Made by a program: the position numbers and the translations under genes. From assembly GCA_964035575.1 (NCBI GenBank), contig OZ037843.1:930001-994000 (forward strand): 64,000 nt of DNA, given 5' to 3'. Numbering within the stretch: the first letter of the stretch is position 1; every line of letters begins with the position of its first letter. Origin of the DNA: Rhynchopus sp. YZ270_cl-10. Taxonomy: Eukaryota. The notes under the pieces are model-generated. The model made no database searches. It worked only from the letters and a program-made list of their open reading frames with translations, and was not told where the DNA came from. Positions 58,401 through 64,000 of the stretch are shown one piece after another.

Positions 58401-61400
58401 AGACATTACCGCGCTTCTTCTCCAAAGCGATTCGCATTCTGTGAATGACATTGTTGTCCCAACTGTGGATTCTCACGGAGAATCTGAGCACAGTAGCCCT
58501 GAAGTTGAAGCGATCGAACCAACCCCTAGCGAAACCAATCACACCAATCAAATTGACAAAGAAATGGAAGCCTCCATCGAGCACCTCAAGGCTGAGTTGC
58601 AAAAGGCCCAAACCGCGGCCACCCTAGAACGCTTGGTTCCATTAACAGCAACACTAGAATGGAAACATGATGTGCCAGAATCAACCCGCAGGGAGGTTGA
58701 ACGGCTATTAGCAAAGGGGGACCCGGAGAGCCTCAAGGCGGCTGCAGATTTGGCAACGACGTTGCCGCAAATTGAAGAAAACGAAGCGTCTTTAAGTGAG
58801 AGGGTCGAATCTCTTGCTAGGAGACGTGGAGGGAGTCTTGCGTCTGTTAAGGTGGTCGAAGCTGATTCAATTCAACAGGCCTTAGCGTTGCTCGAAGCGT
58901 CGCCAGAAGCGGAACAGTTTAGCCCCGAAATTCGCGAGAAAATTAAAGACCTTCTCTCCTCGGATGCTTCCAAGCCAGAGGTGCAAGCTGCGCTTCAGGA
59001 TCTCGCAGGCACCTTGCTTTCTGGTTATGATCTGTCTCCCGAGGTTTCTGCTGGGTTGAGTGGTACACAGGATTCTTCTTGGCGTGGTCTTCACAAAAAA
59101 AGCCAAAACGAAAAGGCTGTCTCCGAAAAGGTAATTTCCAAGGCCCGAGAAGATGACACCACGGCGTCACGTCTCCGAGAAATCCACGGATTACAACAGG
59201 GTCTTTGCTCTGCGTTGTGCGGTGCGGCGGGGGTGGCACTTCCTTCTGACCTTCGCGTCACGTTACAGCACCTTATCGACTCCGAAGCAGAAAGCGTAGA
59301 CCACCATAAAGAACTGCGCTCTGCTGCATCCTCGATTTTGAGCAATACTTTGGTATCGTTAACTCCGAGGGAAAGGGATTGCTTGGAGCACCCTGCACAG
59401 CATGGGACGTTGTGGAAGCACATTGTGAGACGTTTATTGACTGATAAGAGAGTGGCTTCGGGGGTAAAACCGGTTGCGCAAAACGTAGAGGCGAAACAAC
59501 TGCAGGAGGCTTTGGCGGCATGGTTGATCCATCCGGCTTCGACAGGGAGCGAGCACCGTGGTGCCGCTGAGGTGTTACTCATGCAGGGCAACGCTGCGCC
59601 TCTATCGGAACTCCGCAAGCTTGCTGCATTAGTAAAAATCGCGGATGATTATACAAAGGAACCGGAAGAGATGGAGGCCTCTATGAGTCACGCAGAGTCT
59701 TGGCAAGGTGTTGCTGCGGATCTTCTTGCGACAACAGAAGAAATGCAGGACACCCTCGCAAGAGAACGCGCCAGCACCGAAATCGAAACGCAGCAAAGCC
59801 TTGACGCAGTCGCAGTGTCGCTCCGCACGCTTCTCGCCTCCGCAGACCTCTCCAACAAACAGCGCGCTGAAATCAACGCTCTCCTTGAAGACGACGAATC
59901 CACCGCACAACAGCGTTTGCATGATATGAGCGTAGTACTGCAGGCGGTTTCCCTCGAAGCTGGGGGGTCTCCCGAAGGGGAAGTGGTGGGAGGGGGAGGA
60001 GGAGGAGGAGGAGGAGGAGACACATGGCGTGCCGTATCAGAACGGCTTTTGGAAGAAAAGCGGGGTCTCGAAGCCGAGGTGACTGCAGTGCGCTCGCAGC
60101 TGCCGCAAACCCTCGCTCCCGAATCGGATACTGGAATCACCGAGATTGGCGGGATATTGGAAGAGAAAAACGAGCTTGAAAAGAAGGTGGAAGAGCTTAC
60201 CGCTGCTTTAGCGGAGACAGGGCAGTCTGATGTTCTTCATTGGCAGGGCATTGCGAATCGTTTGCAGGATGATAAAAGGAGGCTAGAAGAGCAATTATCT
60301 AAAGCAACACCACAACGCGAAGAACTCCGTCTCATCATCAAAAAGGTTCTAGAAGGGGATGCGCACCTGAGTGATGCAGACCGATCTGCGCTTGAAGCGG
60401 CACAACACGGTGATTCAAACACCATGCAGACAGCACTCTCCAACATCGAATCATCTCCACGAGACAACCGAAACGCATCTCCCCTCCGTTGCAAAGCGAG
60501 AGTAGGGGAATTAGAGGGATCACTTCACGCACTTCTAGGAGCAATAGGGCAATTAGAGACGGAATTGGACAAAGATAACGTTTATAATACGGCAGTTGAC
60601 ATACAAGAGGCCTTAGCGGAGGCAGCGAAATGTAGTTCCCTTCCGGTAGCAATGCAGAGACGTTTGCAGGAGCTTGCGAGAATGGAAATCAGCCAGGATG
60701 AAGCCGAGGCGGCAACGCAGCTTGCGACGTTGAAGGAAATGGCGAGGAGGCTCTCTGGGCATGAGTCGCTGCCGGAGCATCTGAGGGAGCAGCTGCGGTT
60801 TTTGGGAAGTAATACTTCGGGGTCGGAGCTGCAGGCGCAGGTCGCAGGGCTCAGAGATGCGTTAATGTCAGCAGCAGAGAATAACACAACGCAAGGTAAT
60901 GTATTGTACCCCAACGCATCAGAACCGCGTATGGTAACGGCACTCCGCGGGGTTCTCTCGGACACTTCGGTGGTGCTGCCGGAACATCATGCGAAAGAGA
61001 TGCGCGACGCTTTAGAAGGACACCCCATCGTATTCTCTGATAAAGACAGCATTGCGGAGCTAGAAGCTGCGTTGCGAGAGAAAGACAGAGTGATTAGCGC
61101 ATTGGAATTAGATTTGGAGACCGTTTCGACGTTGTCTCCGAAGGCTCAGGCACATCAACAACAACAACAACAACAACAGCAACAACCATTAGAAACCACT
61201 CAACAACGTGCTGAAGCGCTTCGAGACGCTTTGGCTAATGCGTTAAAACATGGTAACGAAGCGGTTCCTGCAGGGATTCGTACCCAACTGCGCACACTGC
61301 TGACGAAGAACCTCGGTGCGATGAGTGCAGAGGAGCTGCACTCCTGCATGGGGTCGCTGCGTGCTGTAGGCGATGCGCTGCTTGGATCCAGCGCGCTCCC

Positions 61401-64000
61401 GTACGAAGCCTCAGAAGAACTGCGCCGGGCCTGCACCACAGAACGCCCACAGCAAGCCCCCCTCATCAAACCACCCCACGACGCCGCACCCTCCACTGCA
61501 CCGGACAGCGACATCAGCTTTGTCGAAAAGCTTGGAGGCCGGGTCGGTGTTCTCGAAAACGCAGTACGCGCTGTTCTCGGCTCTTCCGCGGCAGGCAGCC
61601 TTACCCCAGCACTGCACTACCAACTGGCCTCTTTGGTGAACTATTCTACCGAACAGAGGGTTGATGCTGTGACCACAACGGACAGTGCGGAGGAGGTGGC
61701 CGCGCTGAAGCTGCGGATTGCAGAAATGGATGCGAAGGCGAGCATTTTGGAAGGGCATGCGGAAAGGTCGAGAGCGGTGCTGGCAAGGATGAAGGAGCTT
61801 GCACGCACCCCGGGGATGCCTGAGGAAAGCAAACGGCTCATCCACGCCGCCATCGCAAGCGACGCTGCGATGCTTGCAGCAAGCACCGCTGTTGTCCAGG
61901 AGAGGCCAACCGTGGGAAGCGCCTCTGGTGGCGCGCACGTTGCGGATCTGCAGACCCAGGTCGCGGAGATGACCGACGCACTGTCTTCAGTTCTAAACTG
62001 CCCTGTTTCCTCGCAGCTTCCAGATCATCTTCGCCGTCGTATCATCAACCTCAGTGGTGGTGGTCCCTCAGACACCCACCCCATTGCGGACCATCTCAAG
62101 AATTTGCAAGAAGCGGTCACCGCCGTCCACGACACTGCGACCCCTGATATGTTCCCAGAATGGCTCGTCCGTCGTCTCGAACGTCTTATTCAGGAGACCA
62201 ACGGAGAGCGTTCGGACGTTCTTCTCAAGACGTTGGAACGTTTGGAGACGAAGGTGCAGCGTTTGGAAGGGAGTGGGGGGAGGGTGGACAATTTGCTGGG
62301 CGCGGTGCAGTCGTTGCACACAGACCCAGCGTCGCTTCCGGTTGAAGCGCAAAGGAAGGTCAACGCAATTCTCTCTGCAGACGTCGCAGCAGCGCAGCGT
62401 CTCCTCCGTGAAACCGAAGCCTCCCGCGCTGCGTCTCTAAGCGCCTCTCCTGGCGAGGCTGGCGCAGCCGCTCTTGCAGCTCTCCTCCGCGTCATCTCGC
62501 AACGATTCAACAGCGAAGAAGGCAGCGCAGTACAGCTGGCAGAAGCATCCACAACTGCCTCAGGCCTATGCAACGCAACCGGAGTGGTAGGTCTCGCGAT
62601 GAACGCTGTTGCCTCATTAACTCACGACGCACTGTCGAGCATGAGAACCGCAGCAGGTGTACCGTACGCTTTAACGATGATTTCTTCTGCGTTGAAGGCA
62701 GCAGAGGGGTGTGCTTCTTCTGCAGCAACTGCAAGGTCGGTTGCAGCGGCGTTAGCGATGGGCGCGCATACCGGACAGCTTTCGACGCAGGATCTCGCAG
62801 CGTTTGCTAACCGACTTTATAAAGAAGCAAAAACGCTGCCACCAGAGTGCACCGCGCAAATCATGCAGCTCACAAAAGACCTTCGTCAAGCTTCCGCCGA
62901 GGATATGTGCTCCGCTGTTCTAAAAAAAATGAGCTCCGATGCTGCCGCAATCGCAGGGCACAGTGAAGGTAGCGCTCGGGTCATTGCGGTGCCCGCTGTC
63001 ATGCCCGAACTAGAAATGGCCTCTGAGCTGCGAAGACGGGGAATAGACCTGCGAGCAGCAGGCGCACCCCCAGCGGGAACTGCCGCAATCGATTTGGTCG
63101 TAAGCATGTTGGAAACGGGAGATGCATCTGTAATGTGGAACGCAGTGCAGCACACTGAGGACGCACCACAGCTCCATCCACCACCACAACACACTCCCCC
63201 CACACTTCAACCCAAAGAAGAGGCTACCACGCTCTCTGGGGTTGGCTCCGCTACGACCTGGTCGAACCCCAACCCCACCCCCACCCCCACCCCTGCAGAG
63301 AGAGAGCGTGAAAGAGCCTTACCCACCTCCCCGGGTGATGCGGTCGCTGCCAAGCTTAGTGCAGGAATTCTTGCAACGTTGCGGGGGAGGATGGTTGAAG
63401 GTGAGGTAGCTTCTGTTCTACAACGTGGAGTGGTTCTTGCGGACGGCGCGCTTCGTGGCTTGGTGGAGGTGGTGCAGCGGTGCTGCGATGTGAGTCATGG
63501 TGTTCCATTTGAGGCCCGACAAATTCTCTCCTCCGCCGCGTCCGACGCGGAAGGTACGGTCTCCGCAGCAGCGCGGATTGCACTGCGTGACCCCCTCCTC
63601 CACGACACCACGAGGCATACTTTAGAAACAGCGCTTCGAAATGGCGCGAATCTGGACGTCTTATTAGACAGCGCGCTGACCACGCTGTCTCCAAACACTG
63701 CCAGGCAGGTCAGAGAGATTCTCACGGCGCATCGGATGCCTTTACCAGACGGAACTTCAGTGTTGCCTTCATTTGTTCATATTAGTGTCCCGCATGCGGC
63801 AAGATGTGCGTTAAGTTTGACGCAACATACTACACTTTCTACTGCAGTTTCTATGGCGGAGGATCGGCCTGCGATTCTTGAACGTTGTATAAATGAGGCA
63901 CTGCAGCTGCAGATTCCGGACCACGCAAGAATTCATTTGATGCAGGTGTTGAATCCATCTGGGGATTTATACGAAGACAGCCTCTCCACCTTCCACCCAG
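52489..64000 (+). CDS. Giant PH-domain / coiled-coil / helical-repeat protein (>=3837 aa, 3' end beyond window)
   Basis: ATG at 52489 gives MSGEGIEGWVWRYSVVGKSDWKEKQWRKRYATVDKQDLCLYKD...LLFRLPTQAVHKAWVAYL (PH-domain pattern). The track lists no terminated + ORF in this frame after 52489, and spot translations stay open to 64000. E/A/L/Q-rich heptads, polyQ (~54952, ~61156) and polyG (~59990). Confidence 0.9.
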   Translation, partial: MSGEGIEGWVWRYSVVGKSDWKEKQWRKRYATVDKQDLCLYKDKEQAGARRPCQLVRFAKSANLTVYSSEQADFAFSTDGYNYFLGIRHTEEGSTSPILLLFRLPTQAVHKAWVAYLSTFMETDQFNTIKKQFPTFDVIALEKYQEAASDDEVSSSDDDEMRDLVSAYVSEAADLPKGNITAPAVTNIEAAKKRLLEERKRAREGQPTAESPGSGVPGLKEKLAALKARNQGANIPQPLVDSSSERRRSVIEEDVASPTLSKTPSGPRSRLDEALARKRAEKNQSSADIAKQIQSFAHRLDRDVEADSDTEKDKESLTGSSTTATSLPPAALEKRARLLAKAKEARARKMVELGTQTEESHPTVVPESAAPAAALTEMEERFQDATARAQAAEAEIEGMTEKIDDEKEQHREARQRCVSLTAERDEAREKAFAAEATAASGLQKVKDRLAEVIEEKEAAKRAQSDAEQTCADMKAEQTANGDLHASITALEEQLRSATERLATSAESCTEADRRAMEAIQEKVATKEELDTQLTQVEALKESLASEAAKRESIEQERDAKQEEYDSMQNQVSVLGARLEERQVELAAATHAEEETQEDLQRHQAQLETVQGSLAETRAELAKLREGDSEVETLAAELQNRTDERDTLKNELSDANSKLQTALTQAEEAAAASSAAEEKSLSEAQKAQTDLAALRQEMNIISSTSEDIAQMRQSMDELLEAKTALESQLAEAVETSNTNTTALTEKQAEVDSLQTKLQEAELEHNNDTQNLSNEEEIALKEQINILENDVANTKDALNTAESQRDTALQEKAALSEELSELQEQQQQQQQQQPPTIPSEITELATPENITSVAEVAAKADPAQITNLAESINEHKAEVDRLTAANELLEQQLQEANGAIASLEDDLASRDDPPPEAKPTADLSAEVEALQAQLKEMQSEVEEVEKLREEVAEQLQQMEGLREELEEARKMAKGVEALASSSPPPGVSASVAPLLPDLQDRSNPQRLACSSFRSAILSARIPENKMLPEIEALRETESDDIAVIRRACVSAFHALQTESSDCSEILIFSYLCELLEGEEGGVEFLHGGWVKAFERHLAERGEGQARLQQNMQDMSDEITDLEDALVKERGRADAALQEAEAERDELVARLATDLTADTASARRLQDAIQEYLSSPQSSEITEDLRSRASSLSSTPLSDDPTILTSHITDLRAMCVELGIDDPNADASETWRTVAKKLLGEKKELQNLLSQVREASGVPEETKERLDACCGNSEPDVARIEGLQQTLAEVTEDPAFEQLSEAEQDIVRDAVTTNLATDDPEMLREQAESVEGAALAVRNSSIFSDGHLQESVHDALADEDTWKDVARRLLNDKKILQEELDALKEAGITETLPIALQQDVARISDRETAEKLKIELQNALDASGNETIDAEEKAALQEIANMEIVEDKVTEQIAQLQAAIASLNAIPGLKSRLAPENLEAIASAVDIAQKGDVEALRKELQAMTETIERLEKEAKEAKEAKEVEETRKAEEEEEKSGPEVALPSDADTVEEKLQTILAKNTLSEAQQADLQRLLDEPLSNDPEERSRQLEARKQFLTDLQNNETLPEDLKSELSSDGWQTASRLREENAALKEELLNAPETETPQSDAEATREALTRILAEHGAHLTPDQIERAEVLLNTPLSDDPEERKKQLSELQQIAEEIRESETLPDTVKAELGGEEGWRQVAKRLMKENGMLSDQLAASNTTDQEKTTTELRRQLAELRAALGDDASIASSSRLLSNTSLTLQAASMKGALLEVQENESAVEAMQPDLRLQIAGSTASISEDRTELATQHANLHSAISAVLASETVLEHLPPDLRQRLQALHDAATLDSDDPEVLQSQVDDLLQALISVQESATSALPEHLQQLIRDARGGRKEKPLRQTSSCEVEKEEETEEQKTALLLSALHDVLEEPHAGRLSKELLQRLADLSGEDITALLLQSDSHSVNDIVVPTVDSHGESEHSSPEVEAIEPTPSETNHTNQIDKEMEASIEHLKAELQKAQTAATLERLVPLTATLEWKHDVPESTRREVERLLAKGDPESLKAAADLATTLPQIEENEASLSERVESLARRRGGSLASVKVVEADSIQQALALLEASPEAEQFSPEIREKIKDLLSSDASKPEVQAALQDLAGTLLSGYDLSPEVSAGLSGTQDSSWRGLHKKSQNEKAVSEKVISKAREDDTTASRLREIHGLQQGLCSALCGAAGVALPSDLRVTLQHLIDSEAESVDHHKELRSAASSILSNTLVSLTPRERDCLEHPAQHGTLWKHIVRRLLTDKRVASGVKPVAQNVEAKQLQEALAAWLIHPASTGSEHRGAAEVLLMQGNAAPLSELRKLAALVKIADDYTKEPEEMEASMSHAESWQGVAADLLATTEEMQDTLARERASTEIETQQSLDAVAVSLRTLLASADLSNKQRAEINALLEDDESTAQQRLHDMSVVLQAVSLEAGGSPEGEVVGGGGGGGGGGDTWRAVSERLLEEKRGLEAEVTAVRSQLPQTLAPESDTGITEIGGILEEKNELEKKVEELTAALAETGQSDVLHWQGIANRLQDDKRRLEEQLSKATPQREELRLIIKKVLEGDAHLSDADRSALEAAQHGDSNTMQTALSNIESSPRDNRNASPLRCKARVGELEGSLHALLGAIGQLETELDKDNVYNTAVDIQEALAEAAKCSSLPVAMQRRLQELARMEISQDEAEAATQLATLKEMARRLSGHESLPEHLREQLRFLGSNTSGSELQAQVAGLRDALMSAAENNTTQGNVLYPNASEPRMVTALRGVLSDTSVVLPEHHAKEMRDALEGHPIVFSDKDSIAELEAALREKDRVISALELDLETVSTLSPKAQAHQQQQQQQQQQPLETTQQRAEALRDALANALKHGNEAVPAGIRTQLRTLLTKNLGAMSAEELHSCMGSLRAVGDALLGSSALPYEASEELRRACTTERPQQAPLIKPPHDAAPSTAPDSDISFVEKLGGRVGVLENAVRAVLGSSAAGSLTPALHYQLASLVNYSTEQRVDAVTTTDSAEEVAALKLRIAEMDAKASILEGHAERSRAVLARMKELARTPGMPEESKRLIHAAIASDAAMLAASTAVVQERPTVGSASGGAHVADLQTQVAEMTDALSSVLNCPVSSQLPDHLRRRIINLSGGGPSDTHPIADHLKNLQEAVTAVHDTATPDMFPEWLVRRLERLIQETNGERSDVLLKTLERLETKVQRLEGSGGRVDNLLGAVQSLHTDPASLPVEAQRKVNAILSADVAAAQRLLRETEASRAASLSASPGEAGAAALAALLRVISQRFNSEEGSAVQLAEASTTASGLCNATGVVGLAMNAVASLTHDALSSMRTAAGVPYALTMISSALKAAEGCASSAATARSVAAALAMGAHTGQLSTQDLAAFANRLYKEAKTLPPECTAQIMQLTKDLRQASAEDMCSAVLKKMSSDAAAIAGHSEGSARVIAVPAVMPELEMASELRRRGIDLRAAGAPPAGTAAIDLVVSMLETGDASVMWNAVQHTEDAPQLHPPPQHTPPTLQPKEEATTLSGVGSATTWSNPNPTPTPTPAERERERALPTSPGDAVAAKLSAGILATLRGRMVEGEVASVLQRGVVLADGALRGLVEVVQRCCDVSHGVPFEARQILSSAASDAEGTVSAAARIALRDPLLHDTTRHTLETALRNGANLDVLLDSALTTLSPNTARQVREILTAHRMPLPDGTSVLPSFVHISVPHAARCALSLTQHTTLSTAVSMAEDRPAILERCINEALQLQIPDHARIHLMQVLNPSGDLYEDSLSTFHP

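Noticed and set aside
52651..63725. Numerous minus-strand and off-frame ORFs
   Set aside because: These are shadows of the single long + frame ORF.
1..64000. tRNA, rRNA, telomeric repeats or prokaryotic defence systems
   Set aside because: No cloverleaf, rRNA-like or TTAGGG-array sequence was recognised, and the gene content is eukaryotic. A tRNAscan/Infernal run would be needed to exclude small RNAs.

Overview
Eukaryotic genomic DNA, most consistent with a euglenozoan protist (diplonemid/kinetoplastid-like). This is inferred from intron-free genes that all lie on the + strand, C/pyrimidine-rich leaders with AG just before the ATG, and the receptor-type adenylate cyclases. The main feature is a family of about 6-TM nucleotidyl-cyclase receptors. 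Seven copies (4 intact, 3 frameshifted by deletions) lie in two tandem clusters at 0.2-4.5 kb and 40-52 kb. Each carries only a catalytically degenerate class III cyclase domain; these domains are near-identical in DNA while the membrane and loop regions are variable and mosaic. One related gene (22145-24277) has an intact adenylate cyclase domain followed by a similar degenerate domain. Other genes: a Ubl+TPR-like protein, a Ubl+25-aa LRR protein with hypervariable repeat positions and a C-terminal NLS, a secreted copper-monooxygenase/DOMON-like protein, an RHBDD1-type rhomboid protease, a small hypothetical protein, and a PH-domain coiled-coil ORF of at least 3837 aa (52489 to the window end) that the ORF track missed. 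The intergenic DNA is densely filled with nested non-autonomous transposons. These show 8-bp, 6-bp, 5-bp, 2-bp and TA target-site duplications, and include two hAT transposase remnants, a ~50-bp hairpin SINE-like element with 9-bp TSDs, and two GTAC-core satellites. All homology calls come from motif reading only; no database searches were run.
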